DNA from: a virus
Strand: one strand, 5' to 3'
Length of the DNA: 64,000 bases
IMG/VR virus record: IMGVR_UViG_3300044712_001933
Location: 5,606 to 69,605 of that record
The first letter of the stretch is position 1. Every line of letters begins with the position of its first letter. The notes below the pieces were generated by a model, which was not told the DNA's origin, did not search any database, and worked only from the letters and a program-made list of their open reading frames with translations. Shown here one piece after another: positions 9,273-17,900 of the stretch. A program made the translations under genes and the position numbers.

Positions 9273-10076
9273 TTATCCCAGTAATCCGCCAAGCGGGCTC
9301 AGAGCACCCAAGAATCCCATCGTATAATCCAATGCGCCAGGTTGTTTGACCACATCCTGAGTAGGCGTCGCGATCTGGCCTTGGCCAGCCAACGCGCGCA
9401 CGATCGAAGCCGCTTGCGCCGCAGGTTCCATGCCGTATACCTGCGCCTGCGAAATCTTGCTCAGATAGTCGAGCGGGGCCGCGGTCGACACCGCTAAATT
9501 TTTGAGGGCGTTGTCCTGGTTCGCACGCTCCTGCATATAGTTCTGCATGAGGGCGGAGTTTTCGCTGTTGGCCAAATTGGCATACGCCTGGGCTTCCAAC
9601 TCATTCTGGCGCGCGTTGGCGGCGCCGAGGTTCGCCTGGCTTGCCTGCTGATAAGCAGTAGAAAAAGGCATGCCAGCTTGAGAAAACTGAGACCGAAGTA
9701 AGGCGTCATTATTAGCTGCAGAGGCCATAGTAGCGTTCCTCATACCCCCCAGCGCCTTGTCCGTGGCGGCCCGGGTAGATTTCAGCGCATTCGTGACCTG
9801 GGGGGCGGGATTCAGATAGTCCCCAGCCATTTCCCGACGGGCTAGGCCGGCAGCCTGACCCCAGCCGGGATCGGAAGCAGCAGAATTCGCCGCCCCTACG
9901 ACGCGATTGGTCGCGCCCGATAGATCGGGTGTATTCGCGGACAGCCAGTCGAAAATCCGCTTTCTCGCCTCTGGACCCCCTGTAGGCGCACTCGTACTCC
10001 CTTGGGCATTCGGGCCCAAAGGATCGAAGTATCGCGGCTCCTGCACATACTGTTTATCTGAACTCCCACATCCCAT
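9273..10076 (-). CDS. Internal virion/DNA pilot-like protein
   Basis: Ala/Gln/Gly-rich with hydrophobic C-terminus (GFLGALSPLGGLLG); follows the GNAT gene as in podoviruses. Confidence 0.6.
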   Translation of the reverse strand: MGCGSSDKQYVQEPRYFDPLGPNAQGSTSAPTGGPEARKRIFDWLSANTPDLSGATNRVVGAANSAASDPGWGQAAGLARREMAGDYLNPAPQVTNALKSTRAATDKALGGMRNATMASAANNDALLRSQFSQAGMPFSTAYQQASQANLGAANARQNELEAQAYANLANSENSALMQNYMQERANQDNALKNLAVSTAAPLDYLSKISQAQVYGMEPAAQAASIVRALAGQGQIATPTQDVVKQPGALDYTMGFLGALSPLGGLLG

Positions 10077-10097
10077 AAATTAACCCCCTTTTCTAAT

Positions 10098-10126
10098 ACT
10101 ATACGCCCGATCAGCACCTTGGTCAA
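10098..10126 (-). promoter_or_regulatory. Sigma70-like promoter for ejection genes
   Basis: TTGACC-17-TATAGT. Confidence 0.6.
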
Positions 10127-10132
10127 AGACCT

Positions 10133-10495
10133 CTATTGGCCGTGGAACACCTTGCCGAACAGGGTCGTGTCGATAATTGGCGAGTAGCCCTGGCGCTCCA
10201 TCAACGGGTAGAACGGCGAGGTGTTGGCACACGGCAAAATGACACTGCCATACCCCTTAGTTTTAACGATCTGCTCACCCCGCTTCCAGAGCATGAGACT
10301 GTCGCGAGGACTTATCCGCCGGCTGTCGAGCCAGACGTGCAGGATCGGCGTATTACAAATGGAGGCGTAGCCGGCGACAGTCCCGTCTTTTTCAACTACA
10401 TGGGTGGGAAAAAGGACGGTATGGTTGTCGGCCTGGGCGGCCTTCCACAAAACGTCCATGTCTGCCGGCAAGTATGGGCGCAATGTCGCTCTCAT
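10133..10495 (-). CDS. GNAT-fold virion-assembly protein
   Basis: Start MRATLRP makes an ATGA overlap with the upstream stop; VVEKDGTVAGY...LMERQGY pattern; position typical. Confidence 0.6.
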   Translation of the reverse strand: MRATLRPYLPADMDVLWKAAQADNHTVLFPTHVVEKDGTVAGYASICNTPILHVWLDSRRISPRDSLMLWKRGEQIVKTKGYGSVILPCANTSPFYPLMERQGYSPIIDTTLFGKVFHGQ

Positions 10496-11619
10496 CGCGC
10501 AAGCCATAGATCGGTTTCGACGGGGCGTTCCTGGTACCACCCACGGTCCCAAATATCATAGAGGCTGTCGAAGTAGAGCTGATAGAGTTTGCCGGCGCGC
10601 TCCATCGAGAAATTATGATCCGCGTAGCCGCGTATGACGTAAGGATCCAGGTCCGGAGCCCGTTTAGCAGCCTCGAGGAATTCCGCGAAGGTCCGGCATC
10701 GAAAGCCATTCACGCCTTGCATGACGGTCTCGCTAAACACTCCCCAGTCAGTAGTGATGACGGGAGTGTGGCAGAAATTCGCCTCCGCGTGGACACCTTC
10801 AAAGGGCCCGATATACCACGTTGGCGTGAACAGCGCGAGGGCGCCGCCCATCAATTCGTTGCGCTGTTTCGGGTCTACCGTGCCAATGTGCTCGACGTTC
10901 TTGTACGTCGACAGATCCATGCCGTCGACGTTGCTGAGATCGCCCTGGCCGGCCACGATGAGCTTTTTACCGAGCTTCGCCGTTACCTCGCAGGCGACCG
11001 ACAGCCCCTTGCGGGAAATGAGCCGGCCGACGAACAGATAGTAGTCGCCCTTCTTGGCGGGAGCTACGGGAAACTCTTCCGGGGCATAGGAATTGGGGAT
11101 GACCGTGTCGTACCATGCCCCGTCCTCGACTCCCATACGGCCGTACAGGTAGTGCATCCACGCATAGGACTCAAAGACTTTGTGCTTGGCAAACACCCCA
11201 GAGTAACCGATCCCGGACTCGACGGTGAACCGCAGATTCGTGCCCTGGGAGACCGGCAAGTGGTAGTTGCCCATGGTCACGAGGAGGAAATCCCGTTCGT
11301 CTTTTATGGCGTTGATTTCCGCCACTGCCCGGGCGTTGAAATTCTCATGGACTTTGTCCTTCGGCTCATGCTTAAAGAACTCCTTGCGCCAATTATACTC
11401 GCCATAAGCCGCGACCCGCTCCTCTTTAGTGCCGACCGTGAAAAGTCGGTCGCACGGGACGTCACTTCCCTCAGTGCCGTAAAAAAATACAGTATGGCCC
11501 CGGTCTTTGAGCATGCGCGCAAGCCGGATAATTTTTTGAGAATACGCGCAACTGCAAAATTCAGGTGCAGTAGGTACGTGGGCAAGGCCCAAGAGATGAA
11601 AGCGGTATTTTTGACCCAT
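10492..11619 (-). CDS. Glycosyltransferase family 4 (GT-B)
   Basis: LKDRGHTV, VIPN, YLFVGRLISRKG, LIVAG, PTWYIGPFEGVHAEA...TPVITTDWG. Confidence 0.9.
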   Translation of the reverse strand: MGQKYRFHLLGLAHVPTAPEFCSCAYSQKIIRLARMLKDRGHTVFFYGTEGSDVPCDRLFTVGTKEERVAAYGEYNWRKEFFKHEPKDKVHENFNARAVAEINAIKDERDFLLVTMGNYHLPVSQGTNLRFTVESGIGYSGVFAKHKVFESYAWMHYLYGRMGVEDGAWYDTVIPNSYAPEEFPVAPAKKGDYYLFVGRLISRKGLSVACEVTAKLGKKLIVAGQGDLSNVDGMDLSTYKNVEHIGTVDPKQRNELMGGALALFTPTWYIGPFEGVHAEANFCHTPVITTDWGVFSETVMQGVNGFRCRTFAEFLEAAKRAPDLDPYVIRGYADHNFSMERAGKLYQLYFDSLYDIWDRGWYQERPVETDLWLAR

Positions 11620-11632
11620 AGAACAACCCCAG

Positions 11633-11678
11633 AAAAAAAAAAAGAAAATACAGAGACCCGGTATGGGTCCCTGTATTT
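11633..11678 (-). terminator. Rho-independent terminator after the collagen gene
   Basis: AAATACAGGGACCC/GGGTCTCTGTATTT stem followed by a T11 tract. Confidence 0.75.
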
Positions 11679-11707
11679 ACAGTAGTACCGCTTCAGCAGC
11701 CCGTCAA

Positions 11708-14700
11708 CTACTCACAGATCGGTATATACCGCTGCGCTCCGCCAATGATGATCCCCAAGAATCCAACCACTTTGCGGCTATCCACGTAGGCGTAGCCGCT
11801 GGCAGTTACACTACCCGCCGCGCCCACCTGAACGACACACTCATTTCCGCCAAAATTGTTCCTAAAGCTAAGGCTACCACTGGAGCTGCTAAGAGTGACG
11901 TTGCCCGGGAACGTGTAGTTGCCCGATCCAAACGTCCCCTGCGTGATGGTGCTCGCAGACTGGGTATGACTGCTGGAGCTGCCCCCATCCACACTAATAG
12001 ACCACCAAGTGTTTTGGTTATCACAGATTCTAAGCTGTTGCAGGGCCTGATCCCACAACAACTTGCCCTCCTCGGTGTTGCCGTACTCACCATCGTCCTC
12101 CCGAACGGGAGCAATGAAATCAGCTCCCCTGCAAGCAATGCGACCAGAGAACAAGACGTCGCCACTGCCAATGGTAACGGATGCGTCAGTATACCCTGGT
12201 TTTGCTGTTAATAAAGAGATCTGGCGAGCAGAAATCTGTAGCCCACTATTGTCGTCTGTGATCAGGTCGAGATCGATTAATCCTTCTGCGTTTTGTCCCC
12301 CCGGCCGACTGAAATCGTAATGCAGATGCGTGTCTTGGAGTTCACCATCCGATGGACAGTACGGGATATACGGGCGGTGTACCATAAGCCCATCAGTGCT
12401 CCCCGGGGGGCCAGGAACCCCGCTCGGGCCCGTGGCACCCGTTGAACCCGCTGCGCCGGCACTTCCAGGAGTGCCCTGCGCGCCGGCAGGCCCGGCCTCT
12501 CCAGGCTTCCCGACCCCGTAAGAAAAAGGAATGTTGGTGTCAGCAGGATGACAAACCTGAAATTGCCAGCAGTCCACATAGGCAGTGCCGGTGGATCCCG
12601 GATCCCAATACATCAGAAGCCTGATCGATTTGGTAGTCTGGGTGATAGCGAGAGCCGCGCCGGTTCCGACGCCCCCGACGGTGGTCGCGTAACGAGTCCA
12701 CCCACCGTTGCTTGCGGAGATCATCGCAACCGTTGAGTAGGCGATAATGGACGACCCGTTGACATCAGAGTAGGTCGCGAGGACCAGGGAAAAAGTTCCA
12801 GAGACGACCATGACCTTGGCCATGGCGGCCAAAAGGTAGGGGATGGCAGGATTGACGAGAATTGGAACGCTTCTGCCTAGCACCTCGCTCGTGGAAGCCA
12901 CTAACTTGCCAGAATATGACCCCTCGTATTTATCGTCGGAGGACCGCACAACAGCGCCATCCCACCCATTAGAAATATTGGTGTCCTCAAAAGATGGATT
13001 TATGACGAGATTAGCACCAACGCCACGAGGTCCGGAGGGGCCTTGTGCGCCTGCACTTCCGGGGATGCCTTGAAGCCCGCTCGGCCCGGTTGCCCCACTT
13101 GGGCCTTGTGCTCCGGGACTGCCAGGAGTGCCAGGACTTCCAGGGACCCCGCTCGGCCCGGTTGCCCCACTTGGGCCTTGGGCGCCCGGGCTGCCTGGAC
13201 TGCCTGGGCTGCCGGGAACCCCCGAAACCCCTGTTGCCCCGGTTGGTCCTTGTGCGCCAGGACTGCCGGGAGTGCCAGGGGTCCCGGGAACTCCTGAAAC
13301 CCCTGTTGGCCCAGTTGGTCCTTGTGCCCCGGGACTGCCGGGAGTGCCAGGACTTCCAGGAACCCCCGAAACCCCCGTTGGGCCTGTTGGTCCTTGTGCC
13401 CCGGGACTGCCGGGGGTGCCAGGACTTCCAGGAACCCCCGAAACCCCAGTTGGCCCAGTTGGTCCTTGTGCCCCAGGACTTCCAGGACTGCCGGGGGTGC
13501 CCGGAACCCCCGAAACCCCAGTTGGCCCAGTTGGTCCTTGTGCCCCAGGACTTCCAGGACTGCCGGGGGTCCCAGGAACCCCTGAAACCCCTGTTGGCCC
13601 GGTCGCCCCAGTATTTCCAAGTGGTCCTGTACTTCCGACCGGGCCTGTACTTCCGACCGGGCCTGTACTTCCGACCGGTCCTGTACTTCCGACCGGCCCA
13701 GTTGGTCCGGTACTGCCGACTCCGCTAGGGCCGGTTCCACCAACTACCCCGCTCGCCCCGGTAAAACCGCGCGGCCCGGTTGCCCCGGTCTCGCCCTTGC
13801 CCGGCGGCCCGGTCCAACCTTGCGGCCCAGTTGCCCCAGTATTTCCAAGTTCGCCTCGAGGCCCGGTCGCCCCGGTCTCACCGCGCGGGCCGGACTCGCC
13901 AACCCCTTGGGGCCCGGTCCAACCTTGGGGCCCGGTCGCCCCAGTATTTCCAAGTTCGCCTCGAGGCCCGGTTGGCCCGGGATCACCCTGCGGGCCGGTT
14001 TCACCGACCCCCCGAGGCCCGGTTGGCCCGGTATTTCCAAGTCCACCGACGGGCCCGGTCGCGCCTGTATTTCCAAGCTCCCCTTGAGGCCCGACCGGTC
14101 CTGTACTTCCGACCGGTCCTGTACTTCCGACCGGTCCTGTATTTCCGACCGGTCCCGTCCCGCCAACAGGGCCAGTACTCCCAGTGGCGCCTTGGGTCGC
14201 CGCAGGCCCAGGGGGACCTTCCGGCCCGGTTGCCCCAGTACTTCCAGCGGGTCCAGGGGGCCCGGATTCGCCTTGTGGGCCAGTTTCGCCCTTGCCCGGC
14301 GGCCCAGTCCAACCTTGACTTCCTGTGGGTCCAGTGCTACCGACAGGGCCGGGCGGCCCCGGGCTTCCAACATCTCCGGGAACCCCGCTCGGCCCGGTTG
14401 GGCCAGGAACCCCAGGGACTCCGCTCGGCCCGGTCCCACCACCAACCCCAGGAACCCCGCTCGGGCCAGTACTCCCCGTATTTCCAGGCGGGCCAGGAAC
14501 CCCGCTCGGGCCAGCCGGGCCCGTACTTCCAACACTCCCAGGCACGCCGCTCGGACCAGTGCTGCCCGTATTTCCAGGCGGGCCGGGGTCACCAACGGCG
14601 CCAGTAAATCCGCGAGGCCCCTGATCCCCACTTGGGCCGGTAAAACCGCGAGGCCCGCTCGCACCGGTATTTCCAGGGAGACCAGGGTCCCCGCTAGGGC

Positions 14701-14845
14701 CGGCCGGGCCAGTACTTCCGACACTCCCAGGAACCCCGCTCGGGCCAGTACTACCCGTGGCGCCCTGCGTCGCCGCCGGCCCAGGAGCGCCTTGAGGCCC
14801 GGTTGCGCCCGACGCTCCAACATTGTATAGAGAAACTAATGGCAT
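11708..14845 (-). CDS. Collagen-like tail fibre with CBM4/9-like carbohydrate-binding domain
   Basis: About 200 Gly-X-Y triplets, then an NLVINPSFE-initiated beta-sandwich, a short second collagen run and a C-terminal domain. Confidence 0.85.
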   Translation of the reverse strand: MPLVSLYNVGASGATGPQGAPGPAATQGATGSTGPSGVPGSVGSTGPAGPSGDPGLPGNTGASGPRGFTGPSGDQGPRGFTGAVGDPGPPGNTGSTGPSGVPGSVGSTGPAGPSGVPGPPGNTGSTGPSGVPGVGGGTGPSGVPGVPGPTGPSGVPGDVGSPGPPGPVGSTGPTGSQGWTGPPGKGETGPQGESGPPGPAGSTGATGPEGPPGPAATQGATGSTGPVGGTGPVGNTGPVGSTGPVGSTGPVGPQGELGNTGATGPVGGLGNTGPTGPRGVGETGPQGDPGPTGPRGELGNTGATGPQGWTGPQGVGESGPRGETGATGPRGELGNTGATGPQGWTGPPGKGETGATGPRGFTGASGVVGGTGPSGVGSTGPTGPVGSTGPVGSTGPVGSTGPVGSTGPLGNTGATGPTGVSGVPGTPGSPGSPGAQGPTGPTGVSGVPGTPGSPGSPGAQGPTGPTGVSGVPGSPGTPGSPGAQGPTGPTGVSGVPGSPGTPGSPGAQGPTGPTGVSGVPGTPGTPGSPGAQGPTGATGVSGVPGSPGSPGSPGAQGPSGATGPSGVPGSPGTPGSPGAQGPSGATGPSGLQGIPGSAGAQGPSGPRGVGANLVINPSFEDTNISNGWDGAVVRSSDDKYEGSYSGKLVASTSEVLGRSVPILVNPAIPYLLAAMAKVMVVSGTFSLVLATYSDVNGSSIIAYSTVAMISASNGGWTRYATTVGGVGTGAALAITQTTKSIRLLMYWDPGSTGTAYVDCWQFQVCHPADTNIPFSYGVGKPGEAGPAGAQGTPGSAGAAGSTGATGPSGVPGPPGSTDGLMVHRPYIPYCPSDGELQDTHLHYDFSRPGGQNAEGLIDLDLITDDNSGLQISARQISLLTAKPGYTDASVTIGSGDVLFSGRIACRGADFIAPVREDDGEYGNTEEGKLLWDQALQQLRICDNQNTWWSISVDGGSSSSHTQSASTITQGTFGSGNYTFPGNVTLSSSSGSLSFRNNFGGNECVVQVGAAGSVTASGYAYVDSRKVVGFLGIIIGGAQRYIPICE
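13044..13607 (-). repeat. 72-bp tandem repeat, about 7-8 copies ([24 protein letters not shown])
   Basis: GGTCCTTGTGCC recurs at 72-nt spacing (13317, 13389, 13461, 13533); 18-bp GSTGPV repeats lie near 13622-13700 and 14094-14155. Confidence 0.9.
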
Positions 14846-14848
14846 AAA

Positions 14849-15151
14849 TTAGTACCAAGCAACGACTTCGACGACACCTGGAGTAGGGGACTGAAAATAA
14901 ATCTTGAGGTCTTTCGACAGCAGACCGTCCTCCCAGTAAGCAGCGTACGCAGGAACAGTGATATAGGTGGTCCCCGACTCGTTGGCATCGAAGGCCACTT
15001 TCAGAACGGCCGACGAGTCCCGGTGCTTGATCATAAACTTCTTGGCGCGGCCGGGAAGTGTCACCGAATTCTCCGTGTCGGCCAAAATCGTCACGTTGAA
15101 GACCTCTCTTGACCGAGCCCCGACCTTTACCGTAAGTGCGCCTTGGCTCAT
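14849..15151 (-). CDS. Small beta-rich virion protein
   Basis: Start MSQGAL makes a TAATG overlap with the upstream stop; tail-gene context. Confidence 0.6.
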   Translation of the reverse strand: MSQGALTVKVGARSREVFNVTILADTENSVTLPGRAKKFMIKHRDSSAVLKVAFDANESGTTYITVPAYAAYWEDGLLSKDLKIYFQSPTPGVVEVVAWY

Positions 15152-15483
15152 TAAGAAACCTCCTGACCAAATAAAGAAAAACTCAGCGTGCCGGTGCTCG
15201 AATAACAACGCACGACATCCCCCTGCCCGAGCGTCACGCCGAGCGACGCGACAAAAGTATCCTGGGCATCGAGCGGAACGTCGCAGTACAGATACTGGGC
15301 CTCAGCATCTTCGGTTCCTCCGATCGCTACGGAGACCCTGAATTCCGCATCAGTGGTCCGGCTTCGGTTGCAAACGACGATACTGGACACGATTGCAGTG
15401 CGATCTTCCGGCACGCGGTAAACCGCGGCGAGGACCCTGCTGGGGGGCGAAATCTGCCCCAAAACTTTCATTACGGCGCTCAT
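15151..15483 (-). CDS. Small virion/tail-associated protein
   Basis: KVLGQ...YRVP...IVVCNR...LGVTL..GDVV...SFSLFG.E pattern common in environmental phage tail modules. Confidence 0.7.
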   Translation of the reverse strand: MSAVMKVLGQISPPSRVLAAVYRVPEDRTAIVSSIVVCNRSRTTDAEFRVSVAIGGTEDAEAQYLYCDVPLDAQDTFVASLGVTLGQGDVVRCYSSTGTLSFSLFGQEVS

Positions 15484-15743
15484 ATTCCGGACAAAAGCAT
15501 TTGCTGCGTGTAGGACGACTCAGCCGCCGGCTCTTTCTTGGAGGCTGCGCTAAGGGCCGCCTGCAACGCCGTGACGAGGGACTGGAGCTCGATCGCCGCC
15601 GACTGAAGCGTCGTCACCACGTCCTGGACTTCTCGCGCCCAGCGTTCGACAGACTCCCACCGTGCCCGTTCCTCCGGGGTCATTTTGGCCCCCGGCGAAA
15701 ACCGAGGAGCCGGAGACAGCTTCAAATTTGTTACAGCAACCAT
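15480..15743 (-). CDS. Hypothetical coiled-coil tail protein
   Basis: 87 aa, coupled to both neighbours. Confidence 0.6.
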   Translation of the reverse strand: MVAVTNLKLSPAPRFSPGAKMTPEERARWESVERWAREVQDVVTTLQSAAIELQSLVTALQAALSAASKKEPAAESSYTQQMLLSGI

Positions 15744-15745
15744 AT

Positions 15746-17896
15746 TTAACTAGTTCCTCCCAAGCGGGCTTCGAAATAGTAGCCGGCGATACGCCACTCA
15801 GCGTCCTCTTCCGCGCTGAAAAACCGAAGCCGCATATACCGTCCCGACGCTTTGATGTTCACGGCCGTTAAGTTATTCCCACCCCCAGAGACTTCAGCCG
15901 ATTTAATCTCGGACCACTTAATAGGGCTGCTGGAAGACTCGCGCGTGCCCACCTGGACGCACACGTACATCGGCTTCTCTCGCTTCGACGGAACGTGGAT
16001 GTCCAACCAGATGGTGTTGACGTACTTATACCGGGTTCGATCACCGAAATCGAAATCCGGGGTCTCGGCCGCGCAGAGGTAGGGGTTGGGCACGCAATCG
16101 TTGCTGCTTGCCCGTGAAAACTGCCGGCCGTGGAGCAGTAAGCGCGGAACGCTATCTACCCCAATTTCACCATACGCCGGATTCGGTGAATCGCTACTAA
16201 TTCCAATAATCGTGTGCCTCTGGGCACCCTCGTCGACGTATTCTCTCCACTTCTTGGTCTCATCCTCCCACACTTGGGTGGTGGGCAAATCGGCCCAAGT
16301 CGTAGAGACCTCCCAATCGATGCCTCCCAACGCGGTGACGTCGCCAATCCCCTGGTCGTAAACGTCGATCGTGACCGAGCCCTCCCGCATGTCATAGACC
16401 AGCACCTCAGGCACGGACGATCCCAGCACCGGATAGACCACCCAGAGCTCGTGATCCCTCTCGTGGTGGTACATCACAATCTCATCCCGGCGCGACTTAT
16501 CAAAGCGCTCAAAGAGCTCGCGCGTGTGCATGTCGCCGATCGACGTGATTGCCTGCCCGCCGTTGTAAATATAGATGTTGTCGCTGCCCCAGAAGGCGAT
16601 CCCAGAAACCGACTCATCCTTGTAAATCCGGCACCAGGCATGGCGGGCCGCGGGACCCTGGTTGGGGACCTCCAGCCGGGCCAAAAACGTGCCGTTGGCT
16701 TTTCCCACGGACTGGAGACTTTGGATTGACCTCTCCTTGAGGATATACCCCAACTCCCCGATCGCTACGATGGCAAAAATCTCCCCGTTAACGTCGGATC
16801 CAATGTTTTGGAACTCGCCGGCGTCGTTCGCATCCACCGACCGGACCACCGCGCCGGCAGGAATGGACTTTCCGACCTCAATTCCGCCTGTATACCCCAG
16901 CGCCCTGAGCTTTACAGCCCCCTGGTGAGCCAATTCGGACCCGGGGGCTATGGTGACAGGGTCCGAGGCGGAAACCTCGACCCAGGGCTGTACAGTGACC
17001 ACGGCGCCCATCGGTACGATGTATCCCTCACCGTGCCGGTTCGTGCCCACGTTGAGACGTTTTAGCCCGAGGGAGGTCCCGACCCGGATGATCTCGAACA
17101 GATCCCGGCCGACTCCCCCGGTAGAATCGAGGGAAACGACATCCCCGACCTTCAGAGTGGACGGCAGGCCAGAAACGGGCAGGTAAAAGACGTCATTCGT
17201 GGGCGGCACGACGTTGGGAACGGCCACAGTGACATTCGTAGCCACGTCCCGGGAAGCGTTCGTCACCGTCAAGCCATGGGACTTCCCATCCACCAAAACC
17301 ATACCCCCGACGGTCCACTTGGCGTAAGCGGTCGTGAAAATCTTGGCAGTTCCCGAGATCTCTTGGGCAACCCCAATCGAGTCGCCCTTGGCGCTGTCGG
17401 CGGACAAGACCTCCTCAACCAGATAAAAGTTGTAAGTGGCTTTCGACAAATACTCCTCATCCAGGTCGATGCGGACATACTGGCCCGTGGAGAAAACCGC
17501 TCCAGAATCGTCTAAATAAACCCATTCCGTGGCGGACCCTCGTTCCGGCTGGGCGAAAGGCCGCGAGAGGGTTCTCCGGGCGGTAACGGCCGTCTGACCG
17601 ACCGGGATCCACATCGAAAAATCCGACGGATCGCTGTATTTGACAGTCGTGTCCCGCCACAGCAATAGCCTGCCGTTCAAAGACTCAACCCCAGACCACG
17701 GCGTGCTGTCAGGAAGACCAGGTAACGGCCGAGCCCGGCCTTCCCCAGGCCAATATAAGGGCGCGACCGACGGCTGGGCGAAAATGACCTTGTTCTGATA
17801 GTTGCACATCGACCATCGGGCAGAAGGCCCCGCCGCGGCCCCTTCGAAAATAGGGCTCAGGGTCGCTACAAACTGACCTGCATAAGGTGTTATCAT
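15746..17896 (-). CDS. Tail nozzle/stabilisation protein (P22 gp10/T7 gp12-like), C-terminal portion
   Basis: Beta-propeller-like segments (ELWVVYP, VLVYD) and ending ETPDFDFG...GRYMRLRF typical of podovirus nozzles. Confidence 0.7.
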   Translation of the reverse strand: MITPYAGQFVATLSPIFEGAAAGPSARWSMCNYQNKVIFAQPSVAPLYWPGEGRARPLPGLPDSTPWSGVESLNGRLLLWRDTTVKYSDPSDFSMWIPVGQTAVTARRTLSRPFAQPERGSATEWVYLDDSGAVFSTGQYVRIDLDEEYLSKATYNFYLVEEVLSADSAKGDSIGVAQEISGTAKIFTTAYAKWTVGGMVLVDGKSHGLTVTNASRDVATNVTVAVPNVVPPTNDVFYLPVSGLPSTLKVGDVVSLDSTGGVGRDLFEIIRVGTSLGLKRLNVGTNRHGEGYIVPMGAVVTVQPWVEVSASDPVTIAPGSELAHQGAVKLRALGYTGGIEVGKSIPAGAVVRSVDANDAGEFQNIGSDVNGEIFAIVAIGELGYILKERSIQSLQSVGKANGTFLARLEVPNQGPAARHAWCRIYKDESVSGIAFWGSDNIYIYNGGQAITSIGDMHTRELFERFDKSRRDEIVMYHHERDHELWVVYPVLGSSVPEVLVYDMREGSVTIDVYDQGIGDVTALGGIDWEVSTTWADLPTTQVWEDETKKWREYVDEGAQRHTIIGISSDSPNPAYGEIGVDSVPRLLLHGRQFSRASSNDCVPNPYLCAAETPDFDFGDRTRYKYVNTIWLDIHVPSKREKPMYVCVQVGTRESSSSPIKWSEIKSAEVSGGGNNLTAVNIKASGRYMRLRFFSAEEDAEWRIAGYYFEARLGGTS

Positions 17897-17900
17897 GTAA

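Noticed and set aside
13128-14830. Long plus-strand and off-frame ORFs over the collagen gene, some also G-X-Y
   Set aside because: Shadow frames of GC-rich GGN/CCN repeat codons.
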